DNA of 64,000 bases, taken from the NCBI GenBank assembly GCA_001662655.1, contig KV460213.1. One strand, given 5' to 3'. This DNA is from Pseudogymnoascus verrucosus (Eukaryota). Shown here piece by piece: positions 13,477-26,547 of the stretch (the stretch's first letter is position 1; each line of letters begins with the position of its first letter). Below the pieces are notes generated by a model. That model searched no databases, had not been told where the DNA came from, and was given only the letters and a program-made list of their open reading frames with translations. The translations under genes and the position numbers were made by a program.

Positions 13477-14289
13477 TCTGATTGTGCAGCTGTGAAAGCA
13501 CCGATGCGATGAGGAAGAAGAATATGGCGATCCTTAAAATAGAACCAGGCTAGACACGCTTCCACGGAAGGCTCTAAAGTGGCCCCTGGATCCGCAAACT
13601 GAACACTGAACACTCCCAATTGTAGTTAACGAAAGTAATGTAAAGAAGAAGAAGTGCTAGAATTAAAAAGACTCCATCTGAAGGAGATAAAAAGGCAGGT
13701 AGAGTAGTAAATCGTCTTCGCTGAGCAGAAGGCCCAGGTTGGTTGTGTGAAGAAAGGAGTTGGGGCCAAGATTGAGTACGAGCTATGTGTGGATTGTGAA
13801 GGCACCGTGTCCAAAACCAGCCAAAACCAGCCATAACCAGCCATATGGAGCTGAACCGCCTATGCGCACATGGGTACGAGTTACGAACAATTTTAATTGG
13901 CTTTGTAAACAACAGTTCATGCAACTTTTCAATAGGCAATTCATAAATATATGGGTTTCTATCTATATTCATGATTCCAGAATCTAAAGCAAAGTGCACT
14001 GTTAAACAATATCACATGTAACAGTGAACTGTGTGTTTAACAGTTATCGAGGATTACGACCGAATTTACTCTTGTTGGACACACGCCCACGCGTCGTTCC
14101 GGGCTTGGCAACAATATTCCCCCGCGATTGTGACAAGGGGCGTCGGGATCAACAAGGCTGTCAACTCACAGAGCCGCTAAAAGTACAGTGCTAGTCTAAT
14201 ATGTCGCCGCCTCGCCGCCTCGCCTCAACTCGAGATATATAGATCAAAAAAACTCGCGACTTGCGACAACTCCCCTCATAATTCGACAG

Positions 14290-16033
14290 ATGGCTCCCTC
14301 AGCCACTGCTCCCGATGTACTGGCTGCACTCGATGAGATTAAAGCGCCCGCAGGAGTTGTGTTACCCCCAAAAGAAATCAAAGGTCAGCGCCCTCTCTCC
14401 TCCGCCCGCACCACACCATTGGAAACAATTTGCTGACCTTCATCCAGCCATCCTAGAGAAGACCGCAGGCTACGTCTCGCGAAACGGCGCAGTCTTTGAA
14501 GGTGTGTATCCCCAATCCCCTTTGCCAGCGCGATATGTGCTGATGTCAATGTCACAGATCGCATCCGCGAGAAAGAGAAGCACAACCCGAAATTTTCCTT
14601 CCTAAGCGCAAACGACGCATACAACGCCTACTACCAATGGCGACTGAGCGAGATCAGAGAAGGGAGGGGAAATGTTGTCGCAGCGGGTCGCGCTGGAGAG
14701 GTGCCCGCCGAGGCAGAGAAGCCGAAGGGGCCTCCGGAGCCTCCTGAGTTCAACTTTTCCGCAAAGATGCCCAATATCAGCGCGCAGGATCTCGAGGTCG
14801 TGAAGTTGACTGCGCTTTTCGTCGCGAAGAATGGGAGGCAGTTTATGACTACATTATCGCAAAGGGAGACGGGAAATTACCAGTTCGACTTTCTTCGCCC
14901 GAATCACAGTTTACACAATTTCTTCCAACGGCTGGTAGACCAATACACGGCGTTATTAAGGGCAGGTGGAATGGATGGGGATGGAGGCAAACTCCAACAA
15001 GAGCGGATACAGGAGTTGGAGCGCAACGTAAAGGACAAATTCAACGTCCTTGGCCGAGCAAAGCAACGCGCAGAATGGTTCAAGTTCCAGGACGAGCAGA
15101 AGGTGAAGAAGGAGGAGGAAGCCGAGAAGGAGAAGCTCAGCTACGCACAAATTGACTGGCACGATTTCGTCGTCGTCGAGACCGTCGTCTTCACCGAAGC
15201 CGACGACCAAGCCGTCCTCCCACCTCCAACCTCGCTATCAGAGCTCCAATTCGCATCTCTAGACCAGAAGGCCCACATGTCCATAAACCACAATCTCCGC
15301 ATCGAGGAATCCTTCCCATCAGAAGAAGACTCGTACTATAACGCCTACCAGGCCCCACAAGTCCACCAAATGGCACCACCTCCCGCCCCAGCACAACAGC
15401 AGTATCCTCCACAGGCCCCGGCCTTCCGCACCAAATCAGCAGAAGAGGAAGAGGAAGAGGCACGCATCCGCGAGCGCACTGAAGCTCGCGAACGCGCGCA
15501 GGCCGCACAGGCTCAAGCTAAGGGTGGAGCGGCGGCACCGATGAAGATCAAAGAGAACTACATCCCCCGCGCAGCGCAGCGAGCAGCGAATAAGAACGCA
15601 CAGATGGCGCTGTGTCCAAACTGCAAGCAGCAGATTCCATACAGCGAACTGGATGAGCACATGAGAAGTACGCCCCCCTTCCCCATTTCCCCCAGCCTAA
15701 GCACATACTAACACCCCAACAGTCGAGCTCCTCGATCCCCGCTGGAAAGAGCAAAAATCGAAATCCGACGCCCGCTACGCGACCACGAACCTCTGGAACA
15801 ACGATGCGGCGAACAACCTCAAGCGGCTGGCGTCGCAGCGGCCGGACATGTTTGACGGCGTGACGGGGCAGGCGCTGAGTGAGGAGGAGGAGGCGAGGAG
15901 GAAGAAGGCTGCCATTAGCTATGATGGGAATCCGGAGGGGAAGGATGCGGGGAGGATGGGGGCGGGGATGCAGAATGTCAATGTGGATGAGCAGATTAGG
16001 AATATCCATTTGAAGTTTGGGGAGAGGAAGTAG
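14290..16033 (+). CDS. PRP21: Splicing factor SF3a subunit 1 (Prp21/SF3a120/Sap114)
   Basis: Two SURP modules (ILEKTAGYVSRNG; VKLTALFVAKNGRQF), YAQIDWHDFVVVETV, CPNCKQQIP...HMR|IELLDPRWKEQ; three introns. Confidence 0.93.
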
Positions 16034-16363
16034 AAGGGGGGGCTAGGTATGGAAGGGGGAAGGGTTGGCGTCGGAGGCGTGGGGGTTAAAGCATAATTTG
16101 TAAAATCATGGGGGGAATATGTGCCACTTCAAGAGGGCTTTGGTTACAGTAGTTAGGGGTCATTTGACTGGGGCGGAGCAATCAATATTACGTGTATAAA
16201 AGGCGGGAATAAAGAGATCAAAAAATCAAGAACCAATAGCACAGGAACAAATGATGCATGTGCAGGTCAGACCATTATTTGTCTACGAAATCGCCAGACT
16301 GCACCACATCTTCTATCTACACCTTCATACAATACAGATCCCCAATAAATGTACGAGCGGTCT

Positions 16364-17128
16364 CTAGTAACCGTCCTTGCCCCACTTGTTGTACTTCTCG
16401 TGGAGCTCCTGTGGCAATACGTTAGCAAGACTGTTCGACTCAATCGATCCCCCAATCAACCACTCTCCAGCATAGTCCCTCCTTCCACGGCAGGGCTCCA
16501 TGACCCCCCATCTCGCATCCTCAGAGCTACCAGAAAATCTATCCACATACCTTTGGCAAGTTGACATTGGGAACAATGACGCTGTGCAGCGCACTCGGCG
16601 CATCCCTCGGCGCATTGGCCGGGTTTCCACCAGGGTGGTATTGGTACTTGAAGTCGCCCTTGGAGTCAGACGGCGCTGGCTGCTCCCACGGCTTGCTGTT
16701 GGGGGAGGTGGAGATCTGGGCCTCAGAGGTTCCAGAGGTTGGGTTGGCGCCTACAAAATCTCCATGTTAGCCTTGCTTCTTCTTGTTTTCTCCTTGTCCC
16801 TTCGTCCATCTCCGCAATTCAATTGGTTTCGGCGGCAGGGGAGCTTACCAAGGTAGTAACCGGCACCGCCGACGGCAGCGCAGGTAGCGGCCATCAGGAG
16901 CTAAATAGACACAAACATTAGCTTCTCCTCTATCCAATTGACATCCCCGAGCTCATCTACAGCCAACACCCTCCGTGTCCAGCCCCCGACGAGCTTGCGG
17001 GGAAGAAGGGAAGCACCAACATAAAGCTCCGGATCCTTCTTCGCGCCCTTGCTAAGAAGGCTACCCTCCGACTCCGACGCCATGCGGCGGGCGGCAGTCG
17101 CGAATCCGCGGGCGAATGGGGCAGACAT
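16364..17128 (-). CDS. NDUFA4/MLRQ-like mitochondrial respiratory subunit
   Basis: Four exons: presequence plus LSKGAKKDPELY, a short TM exon, ...DFKYQYHPGG...APSALHSVIVPNVNLPK, then ELHEKYNKWGKDGY*. Confidence 0.8.
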
Positions 17129-18673
17129 GTTTGTTATCGTTGGAAAGGGGAGGCGGGGCGGGGCAATTGAGTTGCTGTGCAGTGGTGGGTGGGAGGTTTG
17201 TGGTCGAGTTGAAGTTATTCCGTTATTTCCTGGCCCGCTTCGGCAAAAGTTGGGTTGCGGTCATGGATCACGTGGGAATGGGTGGTTGGGGGATGGTGAT
17301 TGGTTCGGGAGGATGGCACGTCATGTCCGTGGTGGGAGATGGGGACGTATCTCCTCGGGAGGGTGAGTAAGAGGGTGGTTTAGGACGGGATGGGGTTTGG
17401 GGGTTTGGGGGTTTGGGAATATTTTATAATTAATGTTTATGTGTGGTTTATGTTAGGTAGGTATATTTTTGCTTAGTCGTTCTGGTTTCGTGTTATGGGG
17501 GTGGGTGGTGGTGGAATTAAATTCGGTGGAAATGTGAGAAATAAAATGCTTCACAAATATTAAAGACAACTCTGTAATCAGAAACTAAACGGACTACGAA
17601 CTACCCGCGTTATTATTATGTGTTATATATTACTTATGGAACCTAATATATTATCAAAAGCATATCAATGGTCTATTCTACAAGTTTGACCTTTTGGTTT
17701 TGTCCCGATCTGAGACGGCAACAATGTGCTGGCACTATGAAAATCGCGCGTCGCAACGGTAGGTTTGAAGTTGAGATACCCTCGAATACCAAGCAAGCAT
17801 CTAATCGTTACTTAGGAGACCAAAGCTAAAGGTAAAGCCGTATAATATTAATAGAAGGAGTTTATAAATTCGGGTGGTGCCATTGTTCTGACGTCCTTTG
17901 AAAGGACCTTGGGCCAAAATGAGCATTTACAAAACCGAATTCGTTGTCTCATCTGACAATATACAAGGGAGCAATTAAGGGTATACCAAGGGGAAATTCT
18001 CTGTTCAACCGCAGCACTATTTGTGCCATTCCTTGAGGGGTAAGTCAGGCACTGGCACTGTGAAAATACAATGTCACCAGCATTGACGCGATTCTGACAA
18101 GGCGAATACTCTGGCCAGGAATAATACTTAGGCAAGAGGATGGCGTGCAGCTCGTACTTGCTTATATCATGCATGTTTCTATTCGCTAGAGACACCATGT
18201 TTACCACACGGGTGATCTAATTCACGAGAGACGAGATGAGCCGTCCCAGCCTTTCTCTCCTGACAAGCAACACATCACATCTGTGAACTTTGCTATCAAC
18301 GCTTAGCTTTCTGTCAACCCTCACTTCACTTCACTTCATATTCAGTTCATACAAACCATCAACTCATCAACAACTCATTGTCAGTCATCTGGCTTTGCAA
18401 ACAGACTGTTTTCCATTACAGGGGGTCGCGCGGCCTAGGACGAGGCTGATATAATACGACCCATCTTATCGGGGATAACCAAACAAAACCCCCAACACCT
18501 CCCATCCACCCCAACCCGCGCACCTCCCACCTCCAGACCAAAATTCCCTCGTCTTGAGCTCGAGGTAACCGCGTCCACATCCACGAAACAATAACGCGTC
18601 TTGCTCTCCATCCCTCGCAATCGCACACATCGCATGATATAACCCTTACATAGCCTCGCCCTCTCTACCCAGC

Positions 18674-21370
18674 ATGGCTGCAACTCTGCTCTCCATGGTC
18701 AATACCGCGACGCGTTGCGACACCCCCGAGTCAACCCTGAGCCACACCCTCGCCTCATCCAACGCGCAATCCTCGTCCTCGACGCCGCCAACCAGTATCG
18801 CTGACTCGACGAGCGTGGCGTCTCCTAGATCGAAGCGCGACGGGCCGTTGTTGTCGATCTTCGATGCTCACATTGACGACGAGGAGTACCCCATTGACGA
18901 AGATCGGGATGAGGATGATGAACAGGAGGACGGCAGTGGCCGACCGAGACGTGCCAGGAAGATTACGGTGAAGGCGGCGGATTGGGCGGAGAGCGTCACG
19001 TCATCGGCGAAGAAGGCGCGTAGTGAGAGGGGAGGATCTGTGACGCGTCGCTGTACGGTTTCGGGTGAGACGTTGGTGAGCTCGCATGAAGATGGTGATT
19101 TCTCTACGGAGGAGACGAATGGGGATGAGACACGCGAAGTTGTGGAGGATGGTATTGAATTGCAATTGCCAGCTAGGAAGTTACAAAAATCCCGCAGCGC
19201 AATGAGCCTGGGGGGTGAGAGCAGCCTGGGCAAGAAGAGTCGATTTATGAAAGATGAGGCAGCGAGACGCAAGTCTGCACGCTTCACGAATGAACCGACT
19301 GAGAGCCTTACTAAGAAGCTGAGCGTGCTTGGGAAGAGAGGCCGCGACGCAGTTGACGAGGCTTCGTTCAAGATTAAGCGCGAGCTTAAGAGGTTGGCTG
19401 ATACCAATGAGTTTGCGAAGATCGAGACAAAGCCTGTTGTACACGAGGTGTGGAGCTGCGGGAAGCTTGTTACCGGCAATGAACCGCCCAAGAAGAAGAA
19501 GGAGAAGAAGGCTGAGGAAGCTGTTGTCGTAAACCAGGTATGGAGCCGCGGCAAGCTTCTCACTGAGGTACAGCCAAAGAAGAAGGCCGAGGAGCCTATT
19601 ATCATCCACGAAGTCTGGAGCTGCGGCAAACTCGTCACTGGCAACGAGCCACCCAAGAAGAAAGCCAAGATCGAGAAGGTTAAAGAGCCCGAACCCGAGC
19701 CTGTCGAGGAGGTGCCTGAAGTTAAGAAAGTCAAGAAATGGTTGAACAGAGGTCTCTACGCGGGACAAGAAGCTATCGTAGACCTTTCACACTCCTACAC
19801 GGCTAAGGAGAGAAAGGCAATGGCAAAGGCCAACGCCGAAGTAAAGAGACGCAGCATCCTCCCCCTCCCCCTCTGGGCAGGTCAACGCATCCTCCTCAAC
19901 GGCCGTGACTTCAAGCTTCCCTTTGACGTGTGCTCGCCCCTCCCACCCGGACAGCCAAAGCCAGATGAGTGGAGGAAGACAACAAAGAGTAAGCAAACAA
20001 TCCACCATGTATACGATCTTAAAAAATTAACAACCCTATTTTAGACCGCTTCATTGGCGATGCCGCCGCCCTCTGGAAGAAAACCAAACATTTTAGCGAC
20101 TCGGACTCGCGCTGCATCTGCTCCCCCTCCACCGGCTGCGGGGAGGACTGCTATAACCGCATGATGCTGTACGAGTGCGACAACGGGAACTGCCCCCTCG
20201 GCGCTGAACTCTGCGGAAACCGCGCATTTGCAGACTTGCACGAGCGTCGTGCCAAGGGAGGCAAGTACCGTGTCGGCGTGGAGGTGATCAAGACAGAGGA
20301 TCGTGGGTATGGTGTTAGGGCGAATAGGTGTTTCCAGGAGGGCCAGATCATCGTGGAGTATACGGGGGAGATTATTACGGAGCCGGAGTGTCAGAGGAGG
20401 ATGAGGGAGGATTATAAGAATAATGAGGTGAGTCTAGTCTACCCCCTCGACGAAACTAACTATGTGCTAATTACCACCCCCGCAGTGCTACTACCTCATG
20501 CTCTTCGACCAAAACATGATCATCGACGCCACCCGCGGCTCCATCGCCCGCTTCGTCAACCACTCCTGTGAACCGAACTGCGAGATGGTCAAATGGATCG
20601 TAGGTGGTAAACCGCACATGGCCCTCTTCGCTGGCAAGAATCCAATCATGACTGGGGAGGAACTCACGTATGATTATAAATTCGACCCCTTCTCTTCGCG
20701 AAACGTGCAGGAATGTCGCTGTGGCGCCGAGAGCTGTAGGGGCGTGCTTGGCCCTAGACCGAAGGAGGTTAAGAAGGTGGAGGCCGTCAAGGGTGTCAAG
20801 GGGGTTGTTAAGGGGATGAAGGGGGTGATGAAGAAGGGGAAGAGGAAGTTGAAGGAGTTGATGGGTGGGGATGCCGAGGAGAAAGTGACTAAGAAACGCA
20901 AGATCCTCGTCCCCGTCGGGAAGTCCAAAGTCAAGCCCACGAAGTCCGCGAAGGCGATGGCGAAGGCTAAGAAAGTCGCTAAGAAGATGGGCAAGGTCGG
21001 CGCTTCTGCTGCCACTACTGCGGCGAAGAAATCACCAAAGGCGGCTGCTAAATCTCCTAAACCGGCCAAATCCCCAAAAGGCGGCCTCAAGCAAGCGAAG
21101 CTGTCATTTGGGAATCAGCAATTGACTGTCGTGGCTGATGAGAGTGCGAGTCCCAGCCCAAAGAAGGCCAAGAAAGAGACGCCGGTGAAGGTAGTGAAGC
21201 CCAGGAAGAGCGGGATGGTGGTGGTGAAGAGACGCGGGACGAAGGTCGTGATGAAGAAGGGCGTTAGGGGGGAGGGGAAGAAGACTATTGCGAGGAAGGC
21301 GGCTGCTGCTGCTGCTGCGGCTGCTGCTGAGACGGCGGCGCTTATGGAGGCAGCGGCGGCAGCGCAGTGA
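18674..21370 (+). CDS. ash1: ASH1-like AWS-SET-postSET histone lysine methyltransferase (H3K36 type)
   Basis: Exons 18674-19988, 20045-20427, 20486-21370. Cys-rich AWS, SET (RGYGVRA, EYTGEII, ARFVNHSCEPNC, GEELTYDY), postSET CRCGAESCRG, Lys-rich tail; KKWLNRGLYAGQ and DFKLPFDV blocks; no WW or SRI domain seen. Confidence 0.85.
19442..19667 (+). repeat. Intragenic triplicated peptide motif (H/N)(E/Q)VWS(C/R)GKL(V/L)T...PKKK in the ASH1-like gene
   Basis: Copies start at about 19442, 19532 and 19607; visible in both DNA and protein. Confidence 0.85.
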
Positions 21371-23505
21371 ACTCATCGACAGGCATTTTATTCATTGTTT
21401 TCAACATCAAGCATGCCCGTTACGGCATGCACGCACACATTATCAGGTTCAACATTAGCCCTGGAGTCCTGGAGTTTTCGGAGTTTGTTTTTGCCGTTGT
21501 TGTTGCTTTACTTCACATCGTCGATCGTCTTCATCATACGCGCGAAGTCTTCTTTTGTTTGTTGGTGGTGGTGGGTGGATGGTTGGTTGGTTATGCGTGG
21601 GCTGAGCGTAGTGGGGAGGCTACGCGTGAACCCGAAAGCCATGGTGGGAAGGTGATGATGCGGAATGGATAGGAGCAGGGGAAGATAGTGAGGAGGAAGG
21701 TGATGATGAGGAAAGGGAAGGGAAGGGATGTGATACATAGAATACGGACGAGCAAACCTTTGTAAGAATAGGAATTAAGAGCCCTGAACTGAACCGGGAA
21801 TAGCTGGGAAGTTACTGGGAGCTGGAGTTGGGGAATTTGAGATATGTGTGTTCTTTTCTGCTGCTGCTGCTGGGTTATGTGCAGCGATTTGTTAGGGGTG
21901 GTTGTGTGATTGTGACCGTAGTGAGGGTGAGGGTGAGGGGTGTCTGTGTGGTGCTGTGTGTGATGCCATGATGGTGGTGGTGGAGTAGTGACGCGGGTGT
22001 GTTATGCACCGTGATCTGTACACGCACTTCTCAAACCCCTATTCCTCGCATCTGCATCAACAACCAACTGTAGTAGAGTAACCAACTGTAGCAGAGTAGA
22101 GTAGCAATGCAGCTGTAATATCTCTGTCACTTGATACACTTGATACCCTCGGACGCAGTATCCTGCATATCCGTGAAGAAACCATCAATTCGTCAATGCT
22201 CTACTATCCCCCCATAAAGCACCTAACTGGCTATCCTATCCCCTGACATCATATGCACTACTACATCACGGTAGTCGCGTAGTTTTCGTGTTTGAGCTGC
22301 CACCCGCTTGGGCCCCTTTAATTGGGGGAGTGGGCCAATCAGAATATTCGCCTGGGTGGGATTTAACGGGAGTTTTGCTGTGTGTGGTGGGTGTCTGTGT
22401 GATCGTGCTAGGGGGAGAGTGGACGGGGGATCGGGGAAGGGAGCTTGGCGAGATGACGGGCAAGGGAGAGATGGGATGAAATTGTGCTGGAGTACACTAT
22501 GAGGATATATATAATGGGAATATGGATAGAGTGGTTGAGGATGTGTTTGTTTTATATTTATATACAATTTATATAGTCTTGATATAAGGGTGTTATGGGT
22601 ATATATATGTGTATATTCTTCATCAACATCAACGCATAAACAAGACGCAGATCTGTGCGATTTGTCGTATTAGATACATGACTTCAGTGCATAAACCCAA
22701 CACAGCACCGTCACACTCTAATTTACCTCATCACAGCACAATCACAGCGTATCTTCTCCCAGTCGTGTGGTTAAATTTAGTGGATATCAGTGGATTTTGG
22801 TGTCTGAACCCACTAAACTCCCCTAGCCCTCATGCACTAATCCCAGTGAATCCTTGCCCCCAATCCCTTGTCGTCACCCTTGTATTTTATGTATCTTTCA
22901 TCACCCAAGTAGCTTAGCACTGCACCCTTTTCTGTCTTGTACCCTTGTACTCCATCCCCCTTGACAATTTTGAGAGGTAGGTGTTTCTTTCCCTTCACTC
23001 TTTTGCCTGTTTCTCCCTTGACTGACGAGAGACAGCGACGACGGAGAGACACACATCACTTTTCTTCGGAGACACTACACGCACACAACGCATCATACAT
23101 ATCTTCGACTACCGGGGAAGAACTTCTTTTCTTTTTTTAACACGATAACTCTTAATACCTCTGCGACTCGGCGACCAGCGACACTGCTACTACTACTTCT
23201 AATCGCATTCTTCGCTTCATACTATTGTCATTACAAGCATCGCCATACTTTAATACCCAACCCAGCGAAAGAAAGAAAGACAGTCAGACAGACAGACCGA
23301 CATCTCAGACATCCCTTATACCCATCGATAATCACCACCATCGCGAACCGCAACCTCCAACCCACCGCGCACCTCGACCTCCAACGCGCCAGCAAACAAT
23401 GAGATAAACAACCGCCCTCACCACCAGCTGGTCGCAGCGCACATTGAAGCCTCCAACAAATCCACCACCACCACCACACGAACGCACACAAAAAAACCAC
23501 CCACC

Positions 23506-25470
23506 ATGTCCTCATCCTCACCACCCCGCGACCCTCCCCCCTCCCAAGGCGGACCACCAAGCATAATCTCCTCCCGCATGACCGACATCGCCTCCGACGA
23601 CGGCCACGACCTCGACACCACCTCCCACGCAACCCCCGCCCACCGCACATCCACAAACAGGCAGAGCATCCAATCCTCGCGCCCCGGCACCGGGAGCGCC
23701 GCCATGTCCACTCGGAGTCCGTGGTCCGCATCTCCTCCCTCCCGGCGTGGTCCCAAATCCGGCGGCACCCCATCGATACTAGGAGGGGCGGCGGGGGCGA
23801 GGCCGCCGAGTTCGACGAGCAGGACGCATGTTCCTAGTCTCACTTCGCATGCGTTCTTTAGGCCGATGAGTTCGCAGAGGTTGCAGGCCCAACGCGGGGG
23901 CCCGAGGACGCCGGTTGCGGGCCAGAATCAGAGGGGGAGTGGAGACTTTGGAGACGCGCCGGCGGTGCCGAGTATTGCGTCGGGCTATACGGGGAATCCG
24001 ATCCAGAGTAGGGATGAGAGCGGACCGCCGCCGCCGTCGAGGGGGACGGAGATAAGCGTCCAGGAGTACGTGCAGACGACTACTGCTAATACGAGTCCCA
24101 CGCATGGGCATTTTCAGACTACGAGTCTCAGTTCCTCTGTCCAACCTCTCCAAGTCAACAATGCCTCATCGAATCCCAACGGCCTAACAGTCAACACCGG
24201 CCTCACAACCTTCCGCAACGCAAACCTCCCCACCCCCTCCAAATCCCCACACTCCTTCCGCTCCTCCTTCCTCTTGCCGTCGAGGGGAGGGGACATGCCC
24301 CCCCACAGCCCAAACCGCAGTAACCACGGCCACTCCAAGCTCTCCTCCGGCGCCACCTCCCCCGCCCGCCCCTCAGACGTCACTCCCCTCCCCTCACCAC
24401 TCACCCCCGCCACCGGCGCCATGGGCGAGAAGCACGGGCCCGGCGGGAACGGAGGAGGAGGAGCGGGAGGTGGAGGAAAGGGGGGTGTCAAGAATTACGT
24501 GCATTTCCCTGGGAACACGAGATTTTTCCTGGGAGGGAGGTTCCAGAATGCGAGGGATAGACCGGTGAATATCGCTACGGGGATACTGGTTGTTGTCCCC
24601 GCGGTGCTGTTTTTCGTGTTCCAGGCGAGTTGGCTTTGGCATCGCGTGTCGCCTGCTGTGCCGGTGGTGTTTGCGTATTTGTCGTTTATATGCTTTTCCT
24701 CCTTCATCCACGCCTCTGTTTCCGATCCCGGCATTCTCCCTCGAGATCTCCACAAGTTCCCGCCGCCGCCAGCGACGGAAGACCCATTAACCCTCGCACC
24801 ACCTACAACGGCGTGGTTGATCGTCAAATCCCATCTCCCGGCTAGCACCGCAATGGAGGTGCCCGTGAAATACTGCAAAACCTGCCACATCTGGCGACCC
24901 CCCCGCGGCCACCACTGCCGCATCTGCGATAACTGCATCGAGACCCACGATCACCACTGCGTGTGGCTCAACAACTGTGTTGGGCGCAGGAATTACCGGT
25001 ATTTCTTCACCTTCGTGGCTGCCGGTACTGGTATGGCGATTTTTTGTATTGTTACGAGTGTTGTACAACTATCCACTGTCGGGAGAGATAATAACTCTGA
25101 TTTCGGCTCCGCGATCCCTAGGGAGAGGGGGGTTTTCGCGCTGTTGATATACGCCGCACTCGCGCTCCCCTACCCCGCCGCCCTACTCTTCTACCACATC
25201 TTCCTCTCCGGCCGCGGCGAGACTACACGCGAACTCCTGAATGGAAGGAAATTCAAGAGAGGAGAACGCCATAGACCGTTTACTCTCGGCTCGGTGGTTA
25301 AGAACTGGATCGCGGTGCTGGGACGGCCGAGGGGAGGCGGGTATATAGGGTTTAAACGCGTGGGTGGGGTGTGGTTGGGTGAGAAGGGGGTTGTGGAGGG
25401 GAGACAGGGGGGGAGTGGGGGGGGAAATGGGGAGATGTTGGAGATGAGGGGGATGTCGCAAGGGGCATAG
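23506..25470 (+). CDS. ERF2: DHHC palmitoyltransferase Erf2
   Basis: KYCKTCHIWRPPRGHHCRICDNCIETHDHHCVWLNNCVGRRNYRYF, SDPGILPR, ETTRE; long disordered N-terminus; single ORF. Confidence 0.92.
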   Translation: MSSSSPPRDPPPSQGGPPSIISSRMTDIASDDGHDLDTTSHATPAHRTSTNRQSIQSSRPGTGSAAMSTRSPWSASPPSRRGPKSGGTPSILGGAAGARPPSSTSRTHVPSLTSHAFFRPMSSQRLQAQRGGPRTPVAGQNQRGSGDFGDAPAVPSIASGYTGNPIQSRDESGPPPPSRGTEISVQEYVQTTTANTSPTHGHFQTTSLSSSVQPLQVNNASSNPNGLTVNTGLTTFRNANLPTPSKSPHSFRSSFLLPSRGGDMPPHSPNRSNHGHSKLSSGATSPARPSDVTPLPSPLTPATGAMGEKHGPGGNGGGGAGGGGKGGVKNYVHFPGNTRFFLGGRFQNARDRPVNIATGILVVVPAVLFFVFQASWLWHRVSPAVPVVFAYLSFICFSSFIHASVSDPGILPRDLHKFPPPPATEDPLTLAPPTTAWLIVKSHLPASTAMEVPVKYCKTCHIWRPPRGHHCRICDNCIETHDHHCVWLNNCVGRRNYRYFFTFVAAGTGMAIFCIVTSVVQLSTVGRDNNSDFGSAIPRERGVFALLIYAALALPYPAALLFYHIFLSGRGETTRELLNGRKFKRGERHRPFTLGSVVKNWIAVLGRPRGGGYIGFKRVGGVWLGEKGVVEGRQGGSGGGNGEMLEMRGMSQGA

Positions 25471-26547
25471 GGGGGAGGAAGGGTAATTTTTCGTTATTGG
25501 GGATTTGAGTTTTTTTTTTTGAGGCGCGGGTTTGGAGGGGGGGATTGGGAAGGGGAAAGGGAGGGGAGTTGATACCCTGGATGTGGAAGAGATGAGATGG
25601 GGACTGGCTCGACGCCATGGGGATTTTCCTTTACGTTTTTAACCTTTTTCTTCTGTTGTTGTGGTCGTTTCTTTTTGTACGATGTTTGTACGTTTTCTTC
25701 TTTGCCTATTTTAGGCCGTTTTGGATTGGGTTGGATGGAAGGGGCATGGAGCGAAGGGGGGAAGAGGAGATTGGGAGAAAGAGAGGGGTTTGTGGGGAAG
25801 GGGAGAAGAGAGGGGGGTGTTGTATCATACCAGTCCCGTCTGTCGAGACAGGCGGGGGAGGGGCTTGTTTTTATTGTATTGTCAAGAGTAGGAATAGCTC
25901 ATAGAGAAGAGATGGAGCAAATGGAGGAGGTTGGAAGAGAGCTGGAAAGGGGGGGGGGAGAGGTAGAAATGAGAAGTGTAAACCACATATATCATCACAC
26001 GTTCTAACCAAAGAAACTCGTTTTGACACATATATTATGTGATTGTTTGTGTACCATCCAACACGGATGGATATTCCCATTTTTATTCGCCGTATTCTAC
26101 AGCACACACTTCCTATCTCTGCACATCTTGCACACCCTATTTCCTCTCCCCCCTCTCTGGCCCTTACCCAGGGTCTGGCCTCTTCTTCTCTTTCCAACCA
26201 CCTACAGCATCGACAGAAGTATTATATATACAAAAAACCCACACTGTCATCCACACAGTTTCAGCAGCTTTCCCTTCCAAACTCAACGCAACCCACACAA
26301 CTTCCATCCAACACAGACAAAGAACAAAAAAGGGATATAAAGAGAAACGAAAGACAAGAACCGGTCCAGAAAGCGCGAAAATAAATAAAATGAGGCAAAA
26401 GGAAAGGATTGGACGTAGAGCCAGCACGAACACACACACACACCGCCACACAGACCATGAACAATTGTCCCGTATTAGACAAACAGGCAGGCCTATCCAA
26501 CACACAAACACCATCACCAACTACCCCAAGAGACAGAGAAAAACCCC

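Noticed and set aside
17385..17420. GGGGTTT repeats resembling telomeric sequence (also TTTAGGG-like words near 29520)
   Set aside because: Only 3-4 imperfect units in G-rich promoter DNA; not a TTAGGG tract.
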